A stretch of 64,000 nucleotides of DNA from NCBI GenBank assembly GCA_965237955.1, contig OZ250169.1, positions 3,872,001 to 3,936,000 on the forward strand. The letters are read 5' to 3'. The notes beneath the pieces were generated by a model. That model did no database searches and had not been told where the DNA came from. It saw only the letters and a list, made by a program, of their open reading frames with translations. Position numbers and translations under genes: made by a program. Within the stretch, counting starts at the first letter, position 1; each line of letters begins with the position of its first letter. Shown one piece after another: positions 1 through 10,019 of this stretch. The stretch is from Candidatus Marinacidobacterales bacterium. Its GTDB lineage: Bacteria; Acidobacteriota; Vicinamibacteria; Marinacidobacterales; SMYC01.

Positions 1-1118
1 ACGAGAATTGGGGGAGCGACGTCGGGCATCTGTGGATCGGCGGGGAAATTCCAGAACTTCTCGAGAATGTCGATGTTGCCGTTGAGCTCGGCTCGCAACC
101 GGTGCCGTTCGACCAATTGGGTTAGCGGGTTTGGATCCCGCTCGGGTGGGATGTATATCGTAGCGGTGGCCGGTTGGAGGTAGTTTGTGAGGTGATCAGC
201 CGCGACCTCTCCACCCCAGACGGCGCCCAGTTCGTTGAGCTGCGCCGTTTTCCACCAGTCTGCATCTTGGGCTCGGAAGCGGCGAGGGTTGAGTTTTGGG
301 CGAAGCTTGATCGGGTAGTTGGTAACCCAAATTTCGAACAAGCGGAACGGCTCGAGAATACGCCGGTTTCGCTTGCGTTGCCCATCAATGTTGCGGCGAC
401 CCAGCTTGGGGCGCCCGCCGGTGAGATAGCCCATCTTGTGGAGATCTTGGAAAACCCGTCCTACGGCGCCGAGGGCGACCCCGGTGGCATCCGTGATCTC
501 CCGGTACGGTGCATTCAACAATTGAGGCCGACATAGCAACGCGAACACCACGCGCAACGCGGTCGCCGTGCCCACGCCGCGCACACCCGCTGCTGTGGTG
601 GTGCCGCGTTTGGGTTTCTGCCCAGTGATGAATACGTACAGTCCGGGGAATCGGAGGTATGCGTTTCCGACCGCGTCGATAAAGGGTACGTCCAGTTCAC
701 GGCACTTCCTGGCGATCACGTCGGTGATGTAGGGAGCAAACAGTAAGCCGGGTTCGTCGAGTCGGTCTTTGACCAACCTGATTGCTTCGACTCGATCCAA
801 CGTAGTCTGTGCGTGCACGGCGACGCGATACTCGCGACCTTCGAGGCGGAGCTCCAAGGCGACATCAGCGGGACGGCCGTTCCCTCCCGGGGCAGCGGGC
901 AACATTCGGGCTTCCAGGCCAGTGGCCTGTCTTAGAGCTTCTAGAGCTAGTCCCCTGGATCTTTGATTACTATACAAAGTTAGGCTTTTCGCCAGCCCAT
1001 AAGATTCATAAGATTCATGCACTTAGAAGGGTTTCGGCAAGCTCTGCTTTATCTAGTTTGTTCTGATACAGGGGACTAGCTCCAATTGGTCCGGCGGTAA
1101 CTTTACTTTGGGTGGCAT
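1..1118 (-). pseudogene. abiEi: Type IV toxin-antitoxin AbiEi-family antitoxin, interrupted after codon 14 by a MITE; 3' end runs off the window
   Basis: Manual minus-strand translation: MPPKVKLPPDQLEL|ALEALRQ...PFIDAVGNAYL...RVVFALL...YREITDATGVALGAV...WGGEVAA...APPIL. Removing the MITE and one CTAG restores the frame. Absent from the ORF track because no stop lies in the window. Confidence 0.85.
947..1079 (+). mobile_element. MITE copy 1 (133 bp including both CTAG)
   Basis: Ends CTAGTCCCCTG...CAGGGGACTAG; near-identical copies at 24222 and 55294; no transposase. Confidence 0.93.
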
Positions 1119-1136
1119 TTTCCCAGCAGGCCTTTT

Positions 1137-1189
1137 TGTTCATTATATAGTAATGTTCACGTAACGTGAACATTTTAATTTAATGAACA
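1137..1189. promoter_or_regulatory. abiEi promoter with nested palindromic operator
   Basis: TGTTCATTA-N6-AATGTTCACGT-A-ACGTGAACATT-N6-TAATGAACA, overlapping a minus-strand TTCACG-N17-TATAAT (-10 at 1142-1147). Confidence 0.75.
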
Positions 1190-1362
1190 TTGTAAGGTCA
1201 ATAATTAAGCAAGCTGTTTAAATATAGATATTTTAAAATGGTTATATTGTGACGCATCGACGGAAGACAAATCAGGACTCATGCTTAGAATCAGGCCCTA
1301 TTAATGAACATTCTAAAGAGCTGGAAAATTGAGCAATCCCAATGTCCTGGCTGCTTCCAGGG

Positions 1363-1410
1363 CCGTATGGTGCAGAAACTCGGCCGATCATCCGTATGGT
1401 GCAGAAACTC
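1363..1410. repeat. 19-bp direct repeat, resembling a transposon terminus
   Basis: CCGTATGGTGCAGAAACTC at 1363-1381 and 1392-1410. Confidence 0.8.
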
Positions 1411-1607
1411 CCCGTTGCTGGAGAACCCCGTCCTCAGTCTCCGATCTCCTTCCGCACCACATCTTCTTTGCGTCAACAGGGAGAATAACCGCATTAATCG
1501 CCGGTTTCGGTTCGGCGTGGATTGGGATTGGAAACGGGCCCGCTTTTGTGAATACTGTTTCCCTTGAACTGGCAGTGGTCCCGATGAGAACTACGGAGGA
1601 GGGGACG

Positions 1608-2636
1608 ATGACCGTGCGAGTGTTATGGGCACCGCTCATCTTGTGGCTATTTTGCTCGAGCGCCCTGGCACTCGATGGCACACTGCTCGTTTCCAACAGA
1701 TCCGGGGGAAGTATCTCATTCATCGATCTGACTACGGGTGTAGAGATTGCGCGCGTACCTGTCGGCCCGATCATTCCCCATGAGGTGGCGGTGTCGCCCG
1801 ACGGGCGATTGGCCCTGACGGCAGAGTACGGCCCCAACTCCGACCCCGGCCGCCGCGTGATCCTCATCGACGTCGCGACGGCCAGCATTATCGGGCGCAT
1901 CGATCTCGGCCCTGACTCGCGGCCCCACACGGCTCGGTTTCTGCCGGATGGACAACACGCCGTCGCCACCATGCAGGATTCGGATCAGCTTGCACTGCTG
2001 GATCTGGCCAGCATGCAGGTTGTGCGCAAGTATCCGACCGGAGGCCGCGAGGGCCACATGGTACGGCTGAGTCCGGATGGCTCGCGCGCCTACGTCACCA
2101 GCCGGGGCGCGGAGGGTACGCTGTCGGTGATCTTTTTGAATGAGGAACGGGCACCTGTTGTCATCGAGACCGGACTGGGTGCGGAAGGACTCTCCGTGAC
2201 ACCCGATGGCAGCGAAGTCTGGGTGGTGAATCGGGCGGTGGAGTCGATCTCGATTATCGATACGGAGTCACTAGAGGTGGTCGCGACCATCGGCTCCCGG
2301 CCCCTCGCAGGGCGGATCGAGATGAGTCCCGATGGGCGCGCGATCGTACCCAACGGGAGTAGCGCGGCGCAGGTCCCACAATACCTGCGAGTGTTCGATG
2401 TGGAGTCCAGGCAAATGCTCACAGAGGTGCCGCTGCGCGACGCTCAGCCCCAAGCAGGCAACTTCGGTGTGCTCATTCACGATGGCTTGGTTTTTGCGAG
2501 TGATCCCCGGGCCGGCACGATCCACACTTTCAACTTGGATGCGATGAATCAGCGGGAGGTGCTGGTGATGAATCACGACGCTCCGGACGGGATGGCCTGG
2601 ACACCGGTCCGCGTGAACGTTATGACTAAGCCATAA
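1608..2636 (+). CDS. Secreted YncE/YVTN-type beta-propeller protein
   Basis: RBS GGAGG before ATG 1608; signal peptide; repeated (V/L)SPDG...(V/A)YV blades. Confidence 0.8.
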   Translation: MTVRVLWAPLILWLFCSSALALDGTLLVSNRSGGSISFIDLTTGVEIARVPVGPIIPHEVAVSPDGRLALTAEYGPNSDPGRRVILIDVATASIIGRIDLGPDSRPHTARFLPDGQHAVATMQDSDQLALLDLASMQVVRKYPTGGREGHMVRLSPDGSRAYVTSRGAEGTLSVIFLNEERAPVVIETGLGAEGLSVTPDGSEVWVVNRAVESISIIDTESLEVVATIGSRPLAGRIEMSPDGRAIVPNGSSAAQVPQYLRVFDVESRQMLTEVPLRDAQPQAGNFGVLIHDGLVFASDPRAGTIHTFNLDAMNQREVLVMNHDAPDGMAWTPVRVNVMTKP

Positions 2637-2654
2637 GGAGTTGGAGTAGACGCC

Positions 2655-2920
2655 GTGAATAAGATCGCCGTCGTGCTGTTGTCGCTGTTTAGTTGGCCCT
2701 TGGCGGCGCAGGACGCGCCCCGCTTCGAAGTCGACCCTTCTTGGCCCGGGTCCTTGCCCGACGGCTGGATTAACGGGCAGGTTGGCGGCGTCTGCGTCGA
2801 CGCTCACGATCACATCGCTATCGTCGATCGCCGGAACATCACCGAAGAGGGGACTGAAACCTCCATCGCGCCACCGCCGATCCTCATGTTCGACATGATC
2901 GGTAACCTGGTGGCGTCAGG
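2655..2920 (+). pseudogene. N-terminal fragment of an NHL-repeat (PAL-like) secreted protein
   Basis: Signal peptide, FEVDPSWP...GQVGGVCVD..DH..I.DR, then similarity is lost after about 88 aa. Confidence 0.65.
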
Positions 2921-3351
2921 TGTGGTTCGCCACTACAGCAAAAAACCTTCACTTCTGATTCCAGAGGCCGTTGATGTCGAGCACGTCGTCGTCGATGAGC
3001 CCGTTGCTGCGGTCTACGAGCGTTGCGATGGCCGGCATTGGCCAACAGCGCCGGCGGTCCAGTAGTCTGCCAAAACTCGGTCGACAACGAAGAGGCGCTA
3101 CTACAACGGTGCGCCGGGAGGTTGTCGTGAAGCAAATCGTCGAGCATGTCGGAAACTGCCACGGTCCTGGGCATTCTTCTCTGTGTCGTGGCGGGAGTCG
3201 CACGCGCCGTGGGGCTCACCATGTCGTAGGTTTCGAGGCGATGACCCTCTACGTGGGAGGCATGGGGCTCATGCTCATGGCGTGCCTCGCGAAACTCCAC
3301 CTGCCGTCGAGTCCGGGAAACTGAATCGTCCTCTTAGCGACGAACCCCGGA

Positions 3352-4119
3352 CTACGGCATATATCGTCCGCCGTTGACGTGAACGGTCTGGCCGGTGACG
3401 TAGACGTCGCTCGGGTCGCTGAGGGCGAGGACGGTGCGGGCGACGTCGCGGCTCGTGCCGACGGGGCGGTCTTGACCTTTCTCGCCGCGGTGCGGGTTGG
3501 ATTGGCCGGGGCGGCGCTCGGTTGCGATGAGTCCCGGCACGACGGCGTTTGCGCGGATGCGTCCGAGTCCTTCTTCAGCGAGCGCACGCGTGAGCCCAAT
3601 GAGCCCGCTCTTCGCCGCGATGACGTGGGCGCGGTCCTTCGCGGGACGATGAGCGCTCAGGCCACCGAGGTTGACGATCGCGCCCATACGGTCCTCGGGC
3701 AGTCTTCGAAAGAGCTCGCGCGAGGTGAGAAATGCTCCGGTGAGGATGACGTCGATCGCGCGCGACCAACTCTCACGGCTGAGCTCCGCGAAGGGCTCGT
3801 GCGGTCTCGTAGCTGCACCATTCACGAGGATCGAAACAGTTCCGAGACGCTCCTGCACCTTCTCGAAGAGGTCGATGACGGAGGATTCGTCGGCGACGTC
3901 GAGGAGCTCGCCCATGGCGTCGCGTCCGTCGGGCCCGTTGGAATTGAGCCGAGCGACCGCCGAAGTGATCGCCTCTCGATCCGAGAGGCCGACGATGCAG
4001 ACGCGAGCGCCAGCGCTTCGGAACGCTTCCGCGATCGCGAGTCCGATATTACGGCTGCCACCGGTGACGATCGCGGTCTCGCCGCGGAGGTCGACGTTCC
4101 AGCTCATGGCGGTGCTCAC
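3352..4119 (-). CDS. SDR family oxidoreductase
   Basis: TGGSRNIG Rossmann motif, VNGAA, HVIAAK (atypical YxxxK), YVTGQTVHVNGG. Confidence 0.9.
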   Translation of the reverse strand: MSTAMSWNVDLRGETAIVTGGSRNIGLAIAEAFRSAGARVCIVGLSDREAITSAVARLNSNGPDGRDAMGELLDVADESSVIDLFEKVQERLGTVSILVNGAATRPHEPFAELSRESWSRAIDVILTGAFLTSRELFRRLPEDRMGAIVNLGGLSAHRPAKDRAHVIAAKSGLIGLTRALAEEGLGRIRANAVVPGLIATERRPGQSNPHRGEKGQDRPVGTSRDVARTVLALSDPSDVYVTGQTVHVNGGRYMP

Positions 4120-5546
4120 GATGCGAGGAGGCGCGTGAGCTCACGCACGGACTCGAGCTCCTCGAGGTGGCTTACGGTCTCGACGATTTGCTCGGTGCGC
4201 TCGGCGTCCCAATTCGCGAACCGCGCGCACCCGCGGAACTTGTCGGCGACCTCGTCGTAGCTCATGGGGTTCGCGGGGCTTCCTTTACCGAAGTCGGCGC
4301 GGCCCGACATGGTTCTACCGTCCTTCAGTCGAATGTCGATGATGGTGGTCATCTTGTTGTAGCCTGCCGCCTCGGCTTCGGGGTGCACCCCGAAATGCAC
4401 CTTGCGGATCATGTCCTGGACGTCGGACCGGTTCACGACCTCGTCGAGGAATTCGGTGAGCCCGCCGCGGCGCTCGAGCAGCAAGATGGCCATGCAGAAC
4501 TCCATCGAGAACTTCGCCTGGAGCTCGGTGGTCGGCTGATGGTGGATGAGCGCGTTCGGCATGTTGTGATTGGTGCCGACATCGACGCGTTCGACGTCGT
4601 CGGGGGCGATGTCGTGCTCGAGAATGAGCTCGAGCATCGTGGTCATGCCGGGGTGGGTGAGGGATCCCGAGGGATGCGGCTTGATGGAGACACCAGGGTC
4701 GAGAAGGGTCCAAGGCTCTCCGAGCTTTCCCTGGATCGCGTCGAGCGCGTAGCCTCCGCCGTGCGCTTGAAAGAACCCTCGGGGGGATTCGAGGATGCGG
4801 TCGGTCGCGGTGAACCCATCTCGAGCGAGATCGGTTGCGAGAACGCCGGACTCAGCTGCGCGGCCGGCGTGGAACGGTTTCGTCATGGTGCCGAAGTTCT
4901 CCCGCAGCCCGCCCGCTTGGCTCGCCGCGACTGCTAAGGCGCGAAGCGTCGGCGCGAGGCCGAGTCCATAGAGCTTCGACGCGGCTGCGGCCGAGGCGAG
5001 GGTTCCGCAGGTCGCCGTGGAGTGAAAGCCGTGCTGATAGTGCCTCGGGGACATGGCTTCCGAGACTTTGCACTCAACCTCGACCCCGAGATGGTAGGCA
5101 AGGGTCAACTCTCTGCCCGACGCGTCGTCTTGCTCCGCGATGGCGAGAGCGGCCGGCAGGCAGGGTGCGGTGGGATGGGTGAGTAGCCCATAGACACGAT
5201 CGGCGCCGACGGCAAGCTGTGTGTCGTCGTAGTCGTCCGCGTGCACGCCAATGCCGTTGGCGAACGCGGCGAAACGCGGAGGGATTTTAAAGTCCGTCCC
5301 GATGACGCTGGCGTCACCGGTAAGCTTCTGCGATTTCAAATACCTCTGGATGATGTGGCCACTTGCCGCAACCGAACCCGAAAGCGCGAGCCCCAGCCCG
5401 TCGAGGATCGATTTACGGCCGAGCTCCAAGAGCTCCGCGGGCAGCGCGTCGAAGCCCGTTTCGACGACGAACGTAGCGACCTCGCGGGTGAGCCCCTCCC
5501 CTCGCCGGGTGTCGATATCGGGAGTGAAGTGTTGAATTGGTGGCAT
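4116..5546 (-). CDS. MmgE/PrpD family protein
   Basis: HADDYDDT, THP, GFHSTAT, GTMTKPFHAGRAA, AKFS, KGSPANPM. Confidence 0.92.
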   Translation of the reverse strand: MPPIQHFTPDIDTRRGEGLTREVATFVVETGFDALPAELLELGRKSILDGLGLALSGSVAASGHIIQRYLKSQKLTGDASVIGTDFKIPPRFAAFANGIGVHADDYDDTQLAVGADRVYGLLTHPTAPCLPAALAIAEQDDASGRELTLAYHLGVEVECKVSEAMSPRHYQHGFHSTATCGTLASAAAASKLYGLGLAPTLRALAVAASQAGGLRENFGTMTKPFHAGRAAESGVLATDLARDGFTATDRILESPRGFFQAHGGGYALDAIQGKLGEPWTLLDPGVSIKPHPSGSLTHPGMTTMLELILEHDIAPDDVERVDVGTNHNMPNALIHHQPTTELQAKFSMEFCMAILLLERRGGLTEFLDEVVNRSDVQDMIRKVHFGVHPEAEAAGYNKMTTIIDIRLKDGRTMSGRADFGKGSPANPMSYDEVADKFRGCARFANWDAERTEQIVETVSHLEELESVRELTRLLAS

Positions 5547-7057
5547 TACCAACCTTTCGAACTTTGTCGAAGCCGTTTCACGAATGTGCGTGTCAACCTA
5601 GTAAGTGGCGTAAGTGACGTAAGGATACTTCCAAGGGCCAGGACGAAGAAACCCATCGCCACCGGGCGGCCGAAGAAACCGCTCCAATGGTGATCGAAGA
5701 GAATCATCGATTGAGCAAGCGATGTCTCGACGAGCCCGCCGAGAACGAGCCCCATGATGATGGGAGCCGCGGAAAACCCGTGCCGCTTGAGGACGAAGCC
5801 AACGAGTCCCGCCACGAGCATGATCCAGACGTCGACCATGGACTGCTCGACCCCGTAGGCGCCGACGACACAAAGCGCGAAGACGGTAGGCCACAGCAAG
5901 GAGCGAGGGACCAGGCTGATTCGGGCGAGGAGCTTGGCGCCCGCGAGGCCGACGACGAGAAACAGCAGGTTCGCGAGAAGCATGGAGAAGAAAATCCCGT
6001 AGAGCAGATCGGGCTGTTCTTGAAACAAATAGGGGCCTGGTCTCAGGCCTTGGACCTGGAGGCCCCCCATGATGACTGCTGCCGTCGCGCTTCCCGGAAT
6101 GCCGAGAGCGAGCGTCGGGACCATCGACCCTCCGGTTGCGGCGTTGTTCGCGGCTTCGGGACCGGCGATGCCCTCGATCGCCCCTTTGCCGAACTGCTCG
6201 GGCTCCTTCGACCAACGTTTGGCCTCGTTGTAGCCGATCATGGCGGCCATGGTGCTGCCTTCCGCGGGGAGCACACCCACGAAGGTACCAATAAAGCAGG
6301 ATCGCAGGATCGTACCCTTCACCGTCCGGAAATCTTCCCATGACGGAAGCTTCGTCGCCGACACGCCGATCCGCTCGAACTTTGCGCCTACAGTCCCGGC
6401 CTGAGTTAGCACCTCCGCCACCGCGAACAAGCCGATCAGCACCGGGATGAAATGGATCCCGTCGTAGAGCTCGGGAATCCCGAAGACGAAGCGCTCCACT
6501 CCCGTGGTCAAGTCCACGCCGACGGTCGCGACCATCAGCCCGAGACACCCGCCAATCAGATTCTTCAACGGGGCGTCACCGCCGATCGTCGAGAGCATGG
6601 AGAGTCCGAATACGGCGAGGGCGAAGTACTCCGCGGGTCCGAAACTGTAGGCCACCCGTGCCAGGAGCGGAGCCGCGAAAAGCAACACGATCACGCTGAA
6701 GACACCGCCAAGGGTCGAAGCGAAGGCCGCCATGCCCAGAGCGCGTCCGGCCTCGCCCTTGAGTGCCATTGGATAGCCGTCGAACGCCGTCGCCGCGGCC
6801 GGCGAAGCACCGGGCGCGTTGATCAGGATGGCCGTGATCGAGCCTCCGAAGGTGCCGGCGCAATAGAGCGCCGAGAGCAGCGCGATCGCGGGCACGGGTT
6901 CAAGGTAGAGCGACAACGGCAGCAAAAGCGCCACTGCCATCGAAGACGAAAGACCAGGTAGCGCGCCGACGAGAACCCCTCCGAGGGTTCCCGCGACGAT
7001 TAAACCGACGACGACGGGATCCGTCACCAGCGCGACAGCAATCTCTAAATCGGGCAC
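5546..7057 (-). CDS. tctA: Tripartite tricarboxylate transporter large permease
   Basis: GALPGL, GGSITAILINAPG, GPEAANNA, LALGIPGS. Confidence 0.95.
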   Translation of the reverse strand: MPDLEIAVALVTDPVVVGLIVAGTLGGVLVGALPGLSSSMAVALLLPLSLYLEPVPAIALLSALYCAGTFGGSITAILINAPGASPAAATAFDGYPMALKGEAGRALGMAAFASTLGGVFSVIVLLFAAPLLARVAYSFGPAEYFALAVFGLSMLSTIGGDAPLKNLIGGCLGLMVATVGVDLTTGVERFVFGIPELYDGIHFIPVLIGLFAVAEVLTQAGTVGAKFERIGVSATKLPSWEDFRTVKGTILRSCFIGTFVGVLPAEGSTMAAMIGYNEAKRWSKEPEQFGKGAIEGIAGPEAANNAATGGSMVPTLALGIPGSATAAVIMGGLQVQGLRPGPYLFQEQPDLLYGIFFSMLLANLLFLVVGLAGAKLLARISLVPRSLLWPTVFALCVVGAYGVEQSMVDVWIMLVAGLVGFVLKRHGFSAAPIIMGLVLGGLVETSLAQSMILFDHHWSGFFGRPVAMGFFVLALGSILTSLTPLTRLTRTFVKRLRQSSKGW

Positions 7058-7065
7058 TTGGAGAT

Positions 7066-7551
7066 CTAACGGAGCACGCCCTCGGGAAAGCGCATGCCGA
7101 GACCGACGGCGAAGATCAGGTAGATGCTCAATGGAAGACCTACGGCGAGGAGCGCGATCCTCAGGGCGCGGCGCTCACCCCAGCAAACCGGGAGCACGAT
7201 CGACGCGAGGCACACCGTGGCCAGCATGCCGAGCCGTGGGACGAGCATGACGGTAAGCGTGATCGCGGCCGCCGTCACGAAAACCGCGGATGAGACTTTT
7301 TCTCGGGGCTCTCCTCTTCGTTTCGAGCCACTCACGACGAGCACTACGCTCAACGCGGCGATGACGGCTAGCACCAATCGCGGGAAGAACGTCGGCGGAA
7401 TGTTCTGAGACAGCATCGCGGGCACTTCTCGAAACGTCGTCGTATTCCACCCAACGAGGCCACACAACGCGAGGAGCGCGGCGCCGACGTAAACGTCCGG
7501 ATGCAGCTTCGAGCCTTTCCTCTCGGCGGCTTCGTTACTCATGGGTGCCAC
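7066..7551 (-). CDS. tctB: Tripartite tricarboxylate transporter small permease
   Basis: Four TM helices, PTFFPR, C-terminal FPEG; lies between tctC and tctA. Confidence 0.9.
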   Translation of the reverse strand: MAPMSNEAAERKGSKLHPDVYVGAALLALCGLVGWNTTTFREVPAMLSQNIPPTFFPRLVLAVIAALSVVLVVSGSKRRGEPREKVSSAVFVTAAAITLTVMLVPRLGMLATVCLASIVLPVCWGERRALRIALLAVGLPLSIYLIFAVGLGMRFPEGVLR

Positions 7552-7580
7552 GTGCTGTAGCGAACGGCCCTAGTCTTGGT

Positions 7581-8561
7581 CTAGTTCTCGATGATGCCGA
7601 GTTCGATCATGGACTTGCGTGCCTGTCGGTAGAGTCGTGCGATCTGAGCGTCCCATACTGCTCTCCCGGCGACGGAGCTCACATCGAGGCCAGCCCCCTT
7701 CAAATAGCCCTGGTACGTGGGATGCTCCATGCCTTTCAACAACGCTTTCTCGAGGACTTGGATCCGATCCTTGGGTGTGCCCCGCAAAACGACGTAACCT
7801 CGTACAGTCGAGAATTGGACGTCGTAGCCGAGCTCGACGGTTGTGGGTACGTCCGCGATGGCCGCCATGCGCCGGTCGGCCATCACCGCCAACGCTCGGA
7901 AGTCGCGCCGCCGGATCTGGTCCAACCCCTCGGTGAGGTTCAGACCTGCGGCATCGATATTACCGCCCATGAGATGAGTTACGACTTCTCCGCCCCCGCC
8001 GAACGGCACAACACTCAGACGCGTATCCGCCGTTTTGGCGAGGACGGCGCCGGCGACGTGGTCGACCCCTCCAATCTGGGTCGCGCCCCACTTGATGGGA
8101 CGGCGACGTCCGAGCTCGATCAGGTCTTGGAGTGTCTGGATGTTCTCGCTCGCGCGAACCATGACGACGATGGGATCGTCCGTCGCGCGCGCGATGCCGA
8201 CCAAGTCCTCGATCTTGAGCGGACCCTGACCGCGCGCGATGGCGAAGAGATGCGTTGGAGTGATGCCCATGAGCGTATGGCCGTCGCGCGGCCGCACACT
8301 CACGTAGCTCATTGCCACGAGTCCTCCGCCGCCGACCTTGGGCAACACCGCCATGTCGACCCCGAGCGCCTCTCGAGTACCGACGAGCATCGTGCGAGCG
8401 GTGGAGTCGGTCCCGCCCCCGGGGGAAGCGTGGGTAACGACGTCGATGGGTCGGGATGGAAACGATTCCGGTGGCGCGGCATTTGCGAGCATGGCGCTTC
8501 CAACCAGCAGACCGCCGGCGAGCCAGGTTGTGGCGGCACGAGTAGCGCGAAAGTGGAACAT
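7581..8561 (-). CDS. tctC: Tripartite tricarboxylate transporter substrate-binding protein (Bug/TctC)
   Basis: FPSRPI..V...PGGGTD..AR, VPFGGGG, DVPT..ELG; signal peptide. Confidence 0.92.
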   Translation of the reverse strand: MFHFRATRAATTWLAGGLLVGSAMLANAAPPESFPSRPIDVVTHASPGGGTDSTARTMLVGTREALGVDMAVLPKVGGGGLVAMSYVSVRPRDGHTLMGITPTHLFAIARGQGPLKIEDLVGIARATDDPIVVMVRASENIQTLQDLIELGRRRPIKWGATQIGGVDHVAGAVLAKTADTRLSVVPFGGGGEVVTHLMGGNIDAAGLNLTEGLDQIRRRDFRALAVMADRRMAAIADVPTTVELGYDVQFSTVRGYVVLRGTPKDRIQVLEKALLKGMEHPTYQGYLKGAGLDVSSVAGRAVWDAQIARLYRQARKSMIELGIIEN

Positions 8562-8858
8562 CAACCCTCCCTGAAATGGCTCGCTTAGGCCCCTAGCTCG
8601 CGACGCGCGCAAGGATAGCATGCGCTCGAAGCACCTGTCTTTCTTGAGTTCGTTCTTGTTTTTGGACACGACGAGTTGACCGAGGCTTTCCCAAGAGCCT
8701 TTTGATGTGAAGTTGGAAGGAGACGTTGCTTTTGGAGTATCGAGACGAGTCCGAGCAGGAGTGGCCCGACGGACTTCACTTGTTCAGGAGCGACGCCATG
8801 TCAACAATGAGAACCGACGACAGCACCGAGCGAAGGGCCACCAGCGCATCGCGCAGGA

Positions 8859-9914
8859 CTACGGCCTCACTCTGACGTATTTCTGCAGCGTCCGGGGGCG
8901 GGGCTCCCCGCCGTACAGGTTGCCGTCGCGATCCACCGCAACGAACTCCGCCCCATTCCCCGTGGTCTTACGCGGATCCCCCCACGGATAGAGAACGAAG
9001 GCGTTCACCCAGCCGGTTCGGGCGTCCCCAATCCTGATCCCCATCTCCCAACCTGGATTCTGCACATCGTCCGACTCCGAGTCGGCCACATAGATCTGGT
9101 CGTTTCTATCGAAGAAGATCCCGCTCGGTCGCCCGAATTGCGTCCAACTGGACAGGAAGTTCCCGTCCTGGTCGAAGATCTGGATCCGGTTGTTCGACCG
9201 GTCGCCCACGAACACCCGCCCTCTGGAATCGATGGCGATGGCGTGCAGCGTCCGGAATTCGCCCGGCCCGTAGCCGGTCTGTCCCCAGGTCTTGATGAAC
9301 GTCCCGTCACTCGAGAACTTCACCACGCGGTTGTTTGTATCGTTGCCATGGCCATCCGCGACGAAAATGTCACCATTGTCAGCCACCACGACAGCGCTCG
9401 GGGCGTTGAAGCTGGACGGACCGTCTCCGGGAACTCCCGGGGTGCCGAGGGTCATCAACACCTCTCCGTCCGGGCTGAACTTGATGACCTGGTGTCCTCT
9501 TGTCCCCTCTGGCGTTCGCGCGGCGCTCACCGCGTCGGTCACCCACACGTTTCCGTCCTGGTCCACGTCGATCCCGTGGGGCCATATAAACATCCCGCTC
9601 CCGAAGCTCTCCACGACATTGCCTTCCAGGTCGAACTCGAGGATCGGGTCCAGATCCGAATCGAGACACTCGTTGCCGAACCGGGCCGGCCAGTCGGTCT
9701 GGTAACATCGCACCACCGCCCAGATATGCTCGCCCTCACGGTCGACCGTCACCCCGCCCACCGCTCCCATCTTCCTCCCGTCGGGAAGCTGGGCCCAGCC
9801 ATCAACAGCGCGATACGGATTCGGGAGGACCTGGGCGAAGGCCTCGACTCCAGTGCCGAGCCCTGTGACGAAGACCAAAGTTACCGCCAACCTCATTCGA
9901 CTTGCAGTCGACAT
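8859..9914 (-). CDS. NHL-repeat peptidyl-alpha-hydroxyglycine alpha-amidating lyase family protein
   Basis: WPHGIDVD, FNAPSAV, IFVADGHG..TNNRVVKF, VGDRSNNRIQIFD; signal peptide. Confidence 0.88.
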   Translation of the reverse strand: MSTASRMRLAVTLVFVTGLGTGVEAFAQVLPNPYRAVDGWAQLPDGRKMGAVGGVTVDREGEHIWAVVRCYQTDWPARFGNECLDSDLDPILEFDLEGNVVESFGSGMFIWPHGIDVDQDGNVWVTDAVSAARTPEGTRGHQVIKFSPDGEVLMTLGTPGVPGDGPSSFNAPSAVVVADNGDIFVADGHGNDTNNRVVKFSSDGTFIKTWGQTGYGPGEFRTLHAIAIDSRGRVFVGDRSNNRIQIFDQDGNFLSSWTQFGRPSGIFFDRNDQIYVADSESDDVQNPGWEMGIRIGDARTGWVNAFVLYPWGDPRKTTGNGAEFVAVDRDGNLYGGEPRPRTLQKYVRVRP

Positions 9915-10019
9915 AATCACACCTCGCCTCGAAAAGAATGACCAATCCGGGATTTCCATTGTGGCCGGCTCGAATCCCACCATTTAGTGTACGTGGAGAC
10001 CTGAGTCAAGCGCTTTCTC

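Noticed and set aside
122-966. Short ORFs listed in the track at the window start
   Set aside because: They overlap the real minus-strand AbiEi frame
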